Shown: piece by piece, positions 48,403 through 62,240 of the stretch | Layout of the letters: each line of letters opens with the position of its first letter | Position numbering within the stretch: position 1 is the first letter of the stretch | NCBI RefSeq assembly: GCF_009834535.1 | Contig: NC_045697.1 | Span: 83,392,001-83,456,000, forward strand | DNA: 64,000 nucleotides | Direction: 5' to 3' | From: Camelus ferus | Lineage: Eukaryota | The notes under the pieces: generated by a model | The model's database searches: none | The model's input: the letters and a program-made list of their open reading frames with translations, nothing else | What the model was told of the DNA's origin: nothing | Program-made: the position numbers and the translations under genes

Positions 48403-49236
48403 GTATATACTTGTTCTTTTCTAGGATAACTTGACATTCAGCTCCATTGACTCCTGCACTGACTCATCTAATAAAAACATCACACCCATTTGTCAATGAA
48501 AATAGGAAAGCAATGAAGGTGAAATAGAAGAAAGGACGGAAAATGCATTTTTCAATTTCTGTGACTGTTTTGAGGTTTTTTTTTTCCTTTAAATAAATCC
48601 AGTCATAGATGCGGTGCTTCAGGCCAACTCCCAGCTCAAAGTTATTCATAACCTTCATGGTGTTTTTGGTTTTTTGTTTTTTTCACAAATCACCTCCATC
48701 CAAAAGCCTGTTCTTATTCTCAAACTGAACGTATATACATATATTTTACAATATTTATCTGTGAATATAAATCTATGCTTTTGCTGGATCACACATAAAT
48801 TTGTTGATAAAATTCCTGTGCTTTTTTTGTATATTTATATGGACGGTACAAATCCACTACATAACAAGCACTAAGCTACTTACTGAAATACTCTAATATT
48901 TGCTTAGAAAATATTAAATCAGTGAAAACAGAGCAAGGACATGTATTTATAATCTATTGGGGAGACAAAAACCTCAAGCCTTTATATTTGTAGTAGCAAT
49001 GCCTGTGCAAGCTTCAATATTTTCAGAACTATTTCAGCTTCTTTGTTAATGAGCAAATGAAGCATCCTGTCATCTAAAATATAAAGGTAAGGGGTCTGAG
49101 AGCAAGATGTGCCACGTGGGCACTTTCCTTTGCAATGCCAGAGCGGACTCTGCAGAGAAGAAAGGAGGCTTGTAATGAGACATGAGGAGTTGTGAGAAAA
49201 GACGTCATGGCAGTTTCCTGACAGACTGAGATTTAA

Positions 49237-49380
49237 CCACCCGAAGCCGCTCCGCGGCCGCCGTCGGGAAGCAGGACGCCCGTCAGGCCCGCAGTCAAGC
49301 CCACGGCACCGGGGCCGACGCGCCGCCGCCCGCGGACGACGGATGCGCCCCCCGAGCCGTTTATTTCCTTTGCGCGCGTT
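49237..49380. promoter_or_regulatory. CpG-dense micro-island in unique sequence
   Basis: 27 CpG dinucleotides counted in 49241-49380, including a NotI site GCGGCCGC, in an otherwise CpG-depleted window; regulatory role is inferred only. Confidence 0.5.
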
Positions 49381-50261
49381 TTGATCTTGTGCTGTGTTAT
49401 CTATAAAAAAAAATACCCAGCCTGTGTATCACTAGAAACGGACAGTGAGGGAGAAAACATTGTTATTAGACCGATGAAACGGGAGAGGAAGAGCTTCTTG
49501 GAAGCTTATTTAAGCTACTGGGAGGAATCCTACTGCTGAGCAAAGCAGAGATCCATTTGAATCAGTGCTTCAAAAGCTATTATGTTTCAGGAGCACATAA
49601 TTAAATTTTCTGAGTTGGAAAGAGGGGTGGGATAATGAGCTTATTTATATATTCTATGTATTATAGTAATAGTTCCACTTGTAGGGATGTCCCTTAAGGC
49701 AGTCAAATCGCTCATACACTTATGTGACCTTGAATAAGTGAATCTGTGTGGAAAGTGGTGTGACAACGGGTACCTTATGGCTCAGTAAAGGAGCAAATAA
49801 GGTAATGTATCTAGAGACCCTAAACAGATTAACTCCTTCCTCCAGGATCCAGAGTAAATTCACACATCATCCAATCTTACACTGTGAACTCTCTGTTCTC
49901 ATTATAATTGTTCACTAAATATTTATTAAAATAATATATAAAATGAAAATAACGACAGTACAGCCTAATGTTCACCCCTACTGGGAGAAGTGAGGCTACA
50001 CAGAAGACTGGAAGGAGACAGAAACATTGTCACAGTATCAGAAAAAGGGCTAATTAATTAGAGAATTTTCATCAAGCTCAGCAATGATTCATCTTGATGC
50101 AGGATGGTGCCTGCAGGCGTAGAATTACACGAAATTTGAGGCATTCACACAATGAGTACAGAAGCCCTTATTTCAGCCCTGATGAAATCATCACACTAAG
50201 GTCATGAGCATAATAACAGCTCTGAGTACTGTGCTGACGCTGTGCACTCCCCAGAAGGACT

Positions 50262-50704
50262 TGCAGGGGGTTGAGTTCTGCCCCCGCTCCACCCAAAAGA
50301 TGTGTCTGCTCAGAACCTATGAATCTGACCTTACTTGGGAAAAGGGTCGTTGTCGATATCACGAAGGACTTTGAGATGAGATCATCATGAGGCAAGGATT
50401 AAGAAGGGCCCTCGATACAAGAACAGATACAAGAATACAAGGCAGAGGGAGATTAGAGACACGGGGGGGGGGGGGGGCACGTGAAGACAGAAACAGAAAT
50501 TGGAATGATGCGGCCACAGGAATCCTAAGAGCCACCCACAACTGGAGGAAGCAAGATGGATTCTCCCCTAGCCTCTCTGTCAATAGAGGGAGTGTGGCCC
50601 TGCCAACACCTCGATTTTTGGAATTCTGTTCTCCAGAACTGTGAGAGAATCAAGTTTTTGGTTTTTTAAGCCACCAAGTTTATGACAGTTTGTTACAACA
50701 ATAC
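50262..50704 (+). mobile_element. MaLR LTR (MLT1C/D-like) with a G15 run at 50463-50477
   Basis: gaacctatgaatctgaccttacttgggaaaaggg; ccagaactgtgagagaat; ttaagccaccaagttt...tttgttaca. Confidence 0.88.
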
Positions 50705-51549
50705 AGTATTTTAGTATTACGGTATTTAAGTATTCTCATAGTAACTGTAAATAAATATACTGACCCATTTTCTATCCCGAGAAATTCTAACTCAAAAAGC
50801 AAAGTAATTGACCCAAGTCCTCTGAGCAAGACAGTGACTGAGCCAGGATTTACACACAGATCTGTCCAGGGCTAAGGCCTTTTTTGAAAAATAAAAAAAA
50901 AACAAAACCAATTTTAAACCCTCCTTGAAAGCGCCCTTCCTTCTTCTAACTTCATGGTAGAAGCTCTCTTGCTTTTTTCTAACAATTTGCTTACCACTGC
51001 CTAGAAAAAGTGAGTAAGTTTAGGCTAAGTGTGCATTAAGTTCTCATATGGATAGTTCACACTGTTTTATGCTGAAAGCTCCCAAAGTGATTTGAGGAGG
51101 AAAGAAACATTGAAGATCTGCTTAGTGACTGAACACTAAAAGGTCATTCCTCAAGTTGGCTTGGCATCCCAGGTCTGAGGGGCTCCTGGCTGACTCCCTG
51201 ATGTGGGTGCTGTGCTGACCCCTTAAACCTCCTACCTCTTGTTTATTCATAGTTTCTGAAAGGAGCCTCTGGGTTCCTGGATGATAGGTCCCCAGGATCT
51301 GGGGGTCGCCAGATCTTCTCTGAGACAACTCTGACTGGCCCCGCTCGGAACAAACCACTGTGTAAAAATAGCGACTGCCAGGGGACAATCCCAAGACAAA
51401 AATCAGACCTGCCAGTCAGCTGCAGCCCTGGGCATCCACATCCCCTCCCATGAGGTCAGCTGTCACAGACTATTTACAAAGATGAGTCTGAAGATGGCTT
51501 CCCCATCCTACCCTCTAGAGTATATTCTCTTCCTCTGTCTTCACATCTA

Positions 51550-52020
51550 TTTTTTAACAGATTTCTTGAGGTATAATTTACATACAGTAAAATTAACCCA
51601 TTTTAATTATGCATTTCATGCATATTGGTGATGTATACAGTCATGTAACCACCACGACAGTCAAAACACAGGACACTTTCATCACCACCAAAGATTCCTC
51701 ATGCCCTTCTGAGGTCAGTCCCTCTTGCGATGCCTAGCTTCAGGCTTTCACTGTCTGCTTCCTGCCACTAGAATTCTCTCTCTCCTAGAACTTCATATAA
51801 ACGAATCATAGAGTGTATAGTCCTTTGTATCTGGTTTCTTTCACTCAGCACGGTGTTTCTGAAATTCATTAAAAATCCAAAACCATTTTGCATGGCTCCG
51901 TAGTTCATTCCTATTTATTGCTAAATCCTCATTGTATGGAGGTACCACAATTTGCTTGTCCATTTATCAGCTGATGACTGTTTAGATTGTTTTCAGTTTA
52001 GTTATGTTAGCAATAATCCT
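51550..52020 (-). mobile_element. L1MB-like 3' UTR
   Basis: ttgaggtataatttacatacagtaaaatt...catgtaaccaccac; parallels 20430-20880. Confidence 0.82.
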
Positions 52021-52146
52021 TCTAGCTTGCATCTAATTTTATTTCTTTATCTCACTTTTTTCTTTATTTTCCCTTCTATATCTTCAAGACTGTCTTTCTC
52101 TTTCCTAACCCAAACTGACCAGAAATAAAGTTTAAGGAGCCTGTGG

Positions 52147-52355
52147 CAGTGGTTCTCAAAGTGGTTGGCCCTCAGGGGATTTGTGACAACGCCTGAAAAC
52201 ATTTTTGATTGTCACAGCTTGAAGGGAGACGTGTTACTGGCCTCCAGTGTAGAACCCAGGGATGCTCTTATACATCCTACAATGCACAGGACAGCTGCAT
52301 GAACAAAGAAGTACTCAACCCAAAATATCAGCGTCAAGACTGAGAAACAAGAACT
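52147..52355. mobile_element. MER20 (hAT-Charlie)
   Basis: cagtggttctcaaa...acatttttgattgtcaca...catcctacaatgcacaggacagc...tgagaaac. Confidence 0.88.
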
Positions 52356-53009
52356 AGGGGAGGATCTTCTAAAGGACTATCCATGAAACCTATCATTAGG
52401 CAGGACTTGTAAATAAAAATGTCTTTGTTTTTCTGAGAAAAAAAGCCTAGAATTCAAGGAGTAACTTTTCATTTGTATATTATTTACTTCTAGTAAAAGT
52501 ACACAAGGCAGTACTACCTGAATCACTGAATTGATGAACAATTCTGTTCTGGAAGCAATGCACCAAAATCATTTAGCTCACAGCCAAAAACTTAAGTTAT
52601 AATGTACATGTGGGTCTGATCAGATAGCAGTTGATAAGTCAAACCACCACGTGTGTGCCAGGACTTGGAAGAGGGGGACATAGCTATTTTGTCACTGGCC
52701 TTACCAGCCATAAAGGTTAACAGTGTTGGCCTGTTCTCTTTCCTTCTCCAGAGTCTACTTATATCCTGAAATCCTTCTCTATCAGGAGCTCCTGGGCATC
52801 TCACCAGTTTTCAACGTCAATCAGGCAAAGCTGAGCAAAGGAAACAGTCTCTGTCTTGAAAAAAATGACCACTTAAGACGACGACTGAATCATACTGTAG
52901 GATAAACCTGTCTGGGAAACAAGTTCTGGGAGTATGAAAAGTCATCTGAATTTGGCACAAAACATTTAATTTACTGAAGAGTGTTATTAGTCTCCAAACT
53001 TTTATGTAA

Positions 53010-53240
53010 CAGTCTGCAAAGAGCATGGATTTGAAGCCAAAAGAAGGTATGAATTTTATTCAAAGCGCCAATACTTGGATTTTCTACAAACAGTGCCAAA
53101 CCTATGAACCTCTTTCAACCTGGGCATCTTCATCTGTGAAACCGAGAAAACAACAGCTAATTTAGAATGTGTGTAAGGATTAGATGATGTATATTTTATA
53201 CGGGGCCTAGTATATGATGTGCCTTTGCAAATGTTGATTT
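53010..53240 (+). mobile_element. MIR SINE
   Basis: agagcatggatttgaagcca...ttcatctgtgaaa...gtaaggattagatga. Confidence 0.65.
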
Positions 53241-53823
53241 CCTTGTTGCTTTCAACTGTTAGATTCAAACTAAATTTTTTTTTAAAAAAATCAACATTCT
53301 CTTCAAAACACAATATTAATATTCGTTAATATACATATTTAAATATTATCTATGCAACATGCTTAAGAGGATATATTTCTTACCTGCTATTCATGAAATT
53401 TATGAGTTAGACTGATACATAGTGTCAAGGGAACTTTCACAAGGCCTGCTGATAGAACTAAGTAATCTGCAGGAAAAAAAAGTCACAAGCCACTAATCAA
53501 ACCATTAACCTAGCTGAAGTTATGCATAGTTTTGAAAATAATTCATTTGTAATAGTAAATTAATTCATCCCTTATAACTGAATATTCATAATTCATAGTG
53601 TACTTCACCCAAAATGAATCACAAAAAATTAAATTAACCATGATGCTTGAGACAAAAATATACCATTTCTTTTTTCTCGTGCATTATTTTTTTGTCTCTC
53701 CCTACATAATTTTCTTTAATTTTAGATTTAAACCTCTCTTCTGAGTTGCAAAACCATTTGAGACACATTTTACTTGTAAGATGTTATAGAAAACAAAATT
53801 ATAATTTTCTAATTTTGAATGTA

Positions 53824-54126
53824 CAGTCATCCCTCAGTTTCTATGGGAGATTGGTTCCAGGACCCCTGCAATTACCAAAATCCAAGGACTCTCAAGTGCG
53901 TTATATAAAACGGCATAATATTTGCATGTAACCTATGCACGTCCTCCTGTGTACTTTATCTCTAGATTACTTATAATACCTAATACAATGTAAATGCTAT
54001 GTAACTAGCTTCCTGTGAGCAGCAAATTCAAGTTTTGTTGGAACTTTATAAATTTTTTAAAAATATTTTTGATCCCTGGTTGTTGAAGCCACAGATGCAG
54101 AACCAACAGATGCAGAGAGCCAGGTG
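53824..54126. mobile_element. MER2-like Tigger (Tc1/mariner) MITE
   Basis: cagtcatccctcag...ttggttccaggacccc...gagagccaggtg flanked by TA duplications at 53822-53823 and 54127-54128. Confidence 0.9.
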
Positions 54127-57033
54127 TAAATGTAAACTCACACTTTGAGGGGAAACAAAATATCTAGGTCTCTTTACTAACTCTGCACATTAAGAAAAGA
54201 GAAGAAAGGTAGAGAGGGAGGCAGGGAGAGAAAAGAAAAAAAAATGCATTACTTTCACATTGAGCAGTAGCAGCGGTAAAACATCCTATGATGTGAGGAA
54301 AGCACTTTGCTTCTTGTCTTCCAGTCCCTGATTCTCCTTGGTCTTTGGGCTTATGCCTCACAGAAAGTGCTAACATTCATGATGATACTGATCTATTCAA
54401 TGATGTACAGGGATCCTGTTCCTCTCTCCAGGAAGAAGAAAATGGAAACAGATGTCTTTCTTTATACAAGGATTCCCAAGCAAATTACATCACTAAGGAG
54501 GACAGGAGAAGCTGGAAAAAGAAGAAAAAGGCTGTGCCCAGAGGCAAAAATGTGGAGTTGGGCTTTTATTTAATGAGCTCTCAGAAACTACACGCTCTGT
54601 CGGAACAATAGAGAAGGCCATTCTTCTGTGAAGAATGCCTTTTCCAAATATGTTTCTCAAGCTGCTGATTCCAGATGTACTTTTAGTGTGTCTGGTTTAA
54701 ATAGGACTGCTGCTCCTTGATTGGAAGATGACACTGGCTGTCATATGAGGCCATCTTGACATGCCTTCCTAGGATCTGTTACCTTACTTTTAAAAAGTTA
54801 TGAGACAGTTTCATGGGAATTTGAACTGAGTATTGAATTAAAAAAAAAAGATAGGGAAAGTGCTTGAAAAAACAGAGAAATGGATAACTAGAATAAAGAA
54901 TACATGTATACTCATATGCAATTACTTACATTTATAATATTAAAAAATGTCATCAATGTGGTTTACATTAATACAAGTTTAATCCTGTTACTCCTTTTTC
55001 AATTGCTTCCCATAATAAACTCTGTGCTAGTGGCCCAAAGGATCATTTCATTACACATGTCCTTAACACTAATCCAACATCATTTTTCACCACTTCACTT
55101 GTACCCTAAATACTCAAGTAATTTTAAACCACCTGTTGGTCCCTGATAAATCTCATCGGCATTGGCAGGTGCCTCTGCCTGGGATGCTCCCCAACCATCA
55201 CCATCTCGAAACCAACCGATCTTCTTTTATGACTCAGTTTTCGCCTTTTGTGGGAGAACTTCCCTGACTCTGCCCAGCTGATTGGAGCTTCTATTTCTTT
55301 GCACAACAGTTTTTACTCTGCATATAACTCCATTATACACATCAAAATATTCTAATGGTCAATGTCACTGCTGATTCCCAACTAGATCACAAACACCATG
55401 TTAGGAGTGTAGACACTGTCCTTTCATCACTGTGAGCACCTATTAAATGTTAGTTTGAAACCTGAATGAGTCAATGACTAGGTTAATGAATGAACCAATG
55501 AACTGGCTATACACAGAAACTGAAATAAGTTCTTAATGCATCTTGAAGCAACAAAAAAAGTCAAAATCATAACAAGATCAACATTGGTTTTAGTCAGCAT
55601 TAAATAAATGTAAACTCAGTGTCCCTAGGACTCAATCACATCAATGCAGATGACAGTCACTAACAATTACACAAATACAATGACACAAGTGACAACCATA
55701 CAAATAATCTGTTTTTGACCCCATTTACCCACAAAATCTCCAGCCTTCTTGAAAGTGCACCCCCTAGTGTTTTGTAGGCCTCCACAGGTAAAAGGTCACC
55801 TGTGCTCTCAAACTCCTTTAACCTATAATACCTTATAACACCTTCCCTGCCTTCCTCTCTTGTCTTCGCTTCTCCTTGGCAATAACTTTTAGTCTCTCAC
55901 CTGTTTGAAGGGGGCCTCAATGCTGCAATTCCTGATGCTGCCTTCTTAGAGAAGTCATCAAGGATGCTGTCTTCCATGTCCCAAAGCCACCAATCTACAA
56001 GAATCAGAAAGGCACTGGTGAAACTGCCCTTCTCTTGTATTTATCAATTTCTGCTGCCAGGATGACCTCAGTCAACTTCTTGTGCTACTTCTCCTCTTAT
56101 CTGAAAAAGTTTTCCATGAAAACAGGGCTCCATCCTATGCTTCTCCAATAAGGTCTCAACAAAATGTGTAGGGAGTGTGGACTTGACTCTTAATGACTCC
56201 ATTGTTGTTTTCTGTCCTTTCTCAGGGATCCTGTGCATCAGCCTCTCAATTCCGACCACAGCCAAAATAATCAGCTGCCTTGTAAATAGACCTCTAATTG
56301 CCTGTAATTACAAATTCCTCAGATAGAGCCAAGGAAATCTTAATTCTCTCCAGGTTCAGCAAGCATTCTGGCTACATAAAGATTAGGCCAATGTCATAAT
56401 TTTAGAGTATTACACCCTAAAATGTCATTGCTTCTGACACAGACCGTTTACATGAGAGAAGAAAATGAACAGAGGTGAACTAGAGCAACAAGCCATGACT
56501 GTCTATATACTAAGTGACCCAGGAGACACACTCGGATGGCACTGAAGAGCAGGAGTCCTCTGGAAATAAGAAGGTCAACTAGATAGGCCACTCAGAATAA
56601 GAAATATCTAAAATCATGGAGAATAGAAAATTTTAAAGTTCCTATATACCAAGGAAAAATCTGATTATGTTGTAGCCATGACAACAGATAGCCGCCAGAA
56701 CTGGTTTTAATTCAATTTAATCAACCAGTGTTAACTTGCTTTGGTGAACACACTTGTATAATCCAAATAATCAGTGACAGTTCTCTTTTGAAAGTCAGAC
56801 AATTAGGTGTAGGTTCACCCCAATGAACAAGCTTCTAAAAGCCAGTTTATCGATTATGCGCTTACTCAAGTAACCACATTTCTATTGCTGACATCAACCC
56901 ATCTTTGAAACCCCACTCACTCCCTGCTTCAATATTCCCCAGAAGCCTTGTATAGAATAAGTCCAATATTATGCCCAGAGAGGATGTAGCTAAATAGCAC
57001 AGATCTCCCTTACTTAAGTAAGCTATAAATTCA

Positions 57034-57036
<3 letters not shown>

Positions 57037-57070
<34 letters not shown>
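57037..57070. repeat. (GT)17 microsatellite
   Basis: Directly visible, perfect. Confidence 0.97.
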
Positions 57071-57073
<3 letters not shown>

Positions 57074-57499
57074 CATGTATGTGTTTCCAGATATTAAGTG
57101 GTAGTCTCATACTTTGATATCATCAAAGTTAAACATGTGCCATTGGATGGGAAAGCCATGCTAAGGAATTTTAAGAGGTATGGCAATAACTAAAAGACAT
57201 GATTTAACTAACACTGGACGGAGCCATGAAGGACAACTGTGCCTGCTCACAGCCAATGCCTTTAGGAATCGCTTCCTGATTCTGATTCCAACAAGCTTTT
57301 TGACCCTGTGCAACTTATTTAAATTTTCTTAGTTTCTCATTCCTTATCTGAAAAACAGATAGGATACTATCTGTGTGAATATGATTTCTAAATTACATAA
57401 TAATAGTGTTATAAATAATACTGTATTCAAAGGTCGGTAAATACTGGTTCACACAACCCCATTTGCTCTGGAAGCATGAAAAAGATACAGAGAAAAAAA

Positions 57500-58360
57500 T
57501 AAATCTGTCTCCCCATCCTGTCTTCTCGTCTTTCTTTCCATGCTGCCAGAGCAATAAATGTTATCAGTTTTAGTGTATTCTTCTAGTTATATTCCTATGC
57601 TAATATATACATGTATTATTTTTTAAATAGCACACATATTATGCATCTTGTTCTATGCCTAACTTTTTTTCATTACCATAGATTTTAAAGCTCATTCCAT
57701 ATAGCAGAGATAGAACTGTTTTGTTACCATTTAATGATGGCTCAAGCCTCCACATTATAGTGTTCCACAGTTTATTTAACCTATGATCTACTTTGGCATT
57801 TAGATGGTTTCCAATCTTTGGCAGTATCAAAAAGTCTTTAGTTAATGAAGTTAGTATTTGCACATACATTGTGAGACACACTGTAAGACTAAATCTCCAA
57901 GCAGACTTGCTGGGTAAAAGGAGATATACATTTTAGATTTTAATAGATACCGTCAAGTATTTCTCCATAGAGCTTTAACTACCTCACACTCCCATCAATA
58001 AAAGAGTAAATCTCCCGCCAATATATTTACCAATTTTGTTACTAACAACTTTATGAATTTGATAGGTGAAAAAGCGGCTTTGATTTAATATTAATTCACA
58101 TATTTATTATGTGTAAAGTTGAATGTCTTGTCTTAAAAATAATTTTTATTATTTTCTATAAAATCTGGCCATGTGATTTCCTCATGTTTTAATTGCCTTT
58201 AATGGACTTGTAGGAGCTTTCTATATATATTTTTAATTAGGTCTTTCTCATTTATTTCCAAATATTTTCTCCTAGTTTGCCATTTATCTTCTGACTTTGT
58301 TGGTAGTATTATTCTAACAAGAGATTTTATGTAATTTATCAACATTTTATGGCTTTGAAA
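57500..58360 (-). mobile_element. Old L1ME-like 3' region
   Basis: gttccacagtttatttaacc...ggcatttagatggtttccaat; gataggtgaaaa; T-rich. Confidence 0.7.
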
Positions 58361-61300
58361 TGTTTACATTGTTCTCATCTGAAATAACACTTAGCTTTTC
58401 AGATGAAGTGCTTGGTTTTCGAGATTTGCAGCCATATCATTCTCCAATTAATGACAATTGTGCATCACCTTTACATTCAGAGACCCCTTGTTAAAGACAT
58501 GTATCTTACTCAGGAATATGTGGCAATTTAGAGTTATTACCCGCTCTTCCTGAAGGTGATGGTAGAAGAGTGAGTCTCTGTTTCCAAGTGCCCTGCCTTT
58601 CTTAGTATATCCTAATTTTGTATTAAGAAGTCATTTACCAGCATAGAATCAGAAAAAAGCACTTATAAGATTCATACAATTATTCTTTGGGTAAAATTCC
58701 TTATACTATGTCAACAAAAACACTTATTTGGGGTCATTCCTCTAGATATGGAAAAAGTTCATCATTCTGAGACTGGAGAACTTTCAGAGATATCCCTCCT
58801 TCCATAAGGAAACACAAGCACAAAACCAGCAAAGTTTTCAGTTACCAAAAAAATACAACAGCATCAGAGAAAGCTTCAGAACTGCTGTTGGACTTCATTA
58901 TTTGGAACATGGGAAGGCCAGCAGGGGGCTGAGGGGTAAAGTTATGTCTGACCCTGGTTTTATTTGAATATGATGTGTGTTTGGGGAGGGTTGGGGGCAC
59001 TGATGAGGACTGTCAGAGCAGGACAGCACTTGGAAGCCTCACCAGACAGCATTTATTGAAAGTCACCAGTCAAAATGTTCAATATCTTTTCCCTTTGAAT
59101 TTCTATCAGGCAATAAAACCGTATACTCCATTTCTTTTGTTCTCCTCATATTCCAGTTCTAGACACACAACAAATGCTCAGCAAATTATTATAGATTAGC
59201 CAGGGATAATGATGATAGAATTGAGAACCATGCAAAATATTATCTTACTCTACACATAGCTTTTTTTGGATCATTTAGATAAAGCCTAATTTATTTGGCT
59301 AACAAGGTTAATGGCAGCATGAAAATTGAAATCCCAGCACTAATCATCCAATTTCTATTGCCAAGTCATTATAATATAATTTTGTTTTTAAAAAGGAATT
59401 TTTAAAAATCCTTATTTCATTTTAAAGAAAACCATCTACTATTTCTAGGGTCCGCATTCAAGTCTTAACTAAATTATACATAAGTGGGGACAAGATTTCA
59501 TGACCAAAACTTATGTTGTGGGTGTCAATATATTAAGCTCTTCTTTAAAATCTCCCATCCTTCCTTGTAATTTTATCAGGCTTACAAGTATTTGCAGAAC
59601 TGGGCTTGATAATGTTAAAAAACAGAATGTACTTGTAAATTATGCTATTTTTGAACTGAATACCTGAAGCCAAATATAAAGCTGGCAAACAATGTTGTAC
59701 AACTGAAATTGCACAGAAAATTAAAACAGCATAAATATATTAGGGCTGTCTATTCAGGATGCATTTGCAATGACCAAAGACAGGAATCGGTCCCCTCTCC
59801 TAATGTGGTTGGCAAAACAGTTACTTATAGAGCTGTCTCTTCCTCCATCCCCATAACCACAAGGCAAAACTCAACAGGATATGGTTTTTCTGATTGTTCT
59901 TTGCCCTGTAAAGGCTCACTGCTTCCGTTCAAACAGGCAATGAGGCCCTGAAAAACAGTAGCATCGAGAACAGTTAGATGTTCTGCAAAAATATTCTGTA
60001 ACTTTCCCCAGAAAGTGCAAGAATACCTATAATGTAGGGAGAAAACTTTTTGAACCCATAGCTGACTGATTTATTGGAGCATTTAGGTGGCCTTGAGTTA
60101 ACAGAAAATAGAGAAAAAGATAGAATATGTTGTCGATTTTAATTATTCCTTTGCCAACCACACCGTGAACAGGAACTATAAAAGTTTATCATCTGATAAA
60201 TGTTCCCCTTTTATTGAACTGTAAACCCAGCTTTAACAGCCATTGTGTTCTAAGCTATTGGCTCCAAACTGTTAGCAAGCAAAGAAAGGGCAGGCAGAGG
60301 CACAATGCTTTGCATATGGTGCAACTGTTGTGTTCCAGCAACTACACATTCGCCAAGAGCCATCCTCAAGTGGCTGTCAATGCTTAATAAACACAGACCG
60401 AAAACATCTGTAGCTCTTCCTCTTGACGTTTCCCATAGCAGTCCTGAAGTCCCCTCTACCAGTGCAGGGTCTAAAACAATGAAAGCTGGCATTGAAACAG
60501 CATGGGACAAAAGCAAATCCAAAATTTAGTTAAAATGACAGTAGTTCCAGGAAGCTGTTCTGTTTTCTTTTTCCATTAATGGTGATAGATGTCCATGGAT
60601 TCCTTGACATGCCAGAATCCACACTTGGGAAACAATATGCCAAGGTTAGGATCTCACTCAGTCACTCCACAAAACTGTCTGAAAGCCTATTATGATGTGT
60701 ACTATTGAAACTATGCTGGTAATGTACCTGCAGAATGCAAGACAAAATTAACGAGTCTTTGCAAAGATCTGATATCATATTGTCAATCTGACATAGGTTG
60801 ATGTTAAACTATAATAATCATAATAACTAACAACAACAACAACAACCACAAGTACTACTATTCACCGAGTGATCAGTGTCCTAAGCATTGCATTCAGTGA
60901 GATGTATGTGTATATATTCCATTTCAATCCTTATGTAACTTCATCCTGCTTCCACAGCAAACTATACCAGTCACAACATCATCCTTAGATCCTCTTCTAT
61001 CAAGATTAACATAACCTTATTCCTTGGCATATCCCCTAATACCTCCTGGACCTTCAAGCAGCCCCACAAGTGATTCCCATTTATTCTCCCAAGTTCCCCA
61101 TGAAGGGCAAGCTCACACACTGCCACTCACAATCCTAGGACTCCCCACGAGTAACTGGTGTTGCTCTGCTATCACTTCCCACAAAGACAGAGCAGGAGAA
61201 GATCAGATGTGAAGGCTGTGATGGGAACTCACAGTTGCCTTCCTGGTACAGAGCTCTGCAAGTCACTCAAACAGTGAAAGAGCTATTTATATTATGCTTA

Positions 61301-62012
61301 AATAACAAAAAAGGAAGAGGAAAGGATGTATCAGCAGGAGAGAAAAGGAGGGAAGCATCCCAAGACAGGTCAGACCCCGAAGTACTCCAGCCTTGTGATA
61401 AGGAAGATCTTCCCAGCCAAATGCTACAGCAATCCCTCAGAGATGAGGGCTCTGCAGGGCATCCCCTGCCCATACTGATCCTGGCTGCAAAGCAGAGACT
61501 CAGCGATGGCTCACTGAAATCCAAGCAGTCTGCAGAGGTGGGACACCAACTAAGTCACCTCCTCCAGGTGCCCCTGCTGTTCAGTGCCTCTTAGTTGTCT
61601 CGGTAGACTCCTATTGCATCTGACATCACAGAAACCCGAGGCTCAGCACTACTGCTCAGGGGTACATATTCTAGCTCTGATGGGATGGCAATGTTGGGGA
61701 GCTGGTTAAGCAGTCCAGTATGCTCTGAGGGAAAAACACAACGATGCTTTAGAACAAGGTACTATATTTCCTCAAGAAGCAAATGAAAGGTCCATTAGAA
61801 TCATCCATAGAGCTGTGAGAATGGTCTAATCAGATGTAGAAGATGATGGGCAAGTCAGGAGTGGACAAGGGGGAAACACCTTTCTTGGAGAGTGTGAGAC
61901 ACAGGGCTCCCCAGGGCTGAAGAGAAGTTTGAGCCTGGATAGTGGTAAACTATTCCATTCACTTCCAGCAGGTAACACCACATAGCCTTTGTTTTTAGGC
62001 CTCAAATGTCAG

Positions 62013-62240
62013 GGAAATGGTTTTCAAACCACCCTCCAAAGAGCTGTATGGCTCAGAGAAGGCACCTTAAAGAGCAGCTAGCAGGGATTTGGCAGGAAGC
62101 TATTGAAACAGGGAGTCTTAGGGATTTCACTCCAGTTCACAGCAGAGCTGCTCCTCTCTGTATGTTTTATACACTGGGATTTCACATTTGGAAAAAAAAA
62201 TGGCTCAACCATTTAAGAACTGTTGAAAACCACTGGCTTA
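62013..62240. mobile_element. hAT-type MITE remnant
   Basis: Terminal inverted repeats tggttttcaaac ... gttgaaaaccactg. Confidence 0.5.

Noticed and set aside
54345..54611. 88-aa hydrophilic ORF or possible exon
   Set aside because: No recognisable homology, no convincing donor or partner exons, and length within chance expectation
60250..60529. Overlapping ORFs in unique sequence
   Set aside because: No recognisable domain or splice context
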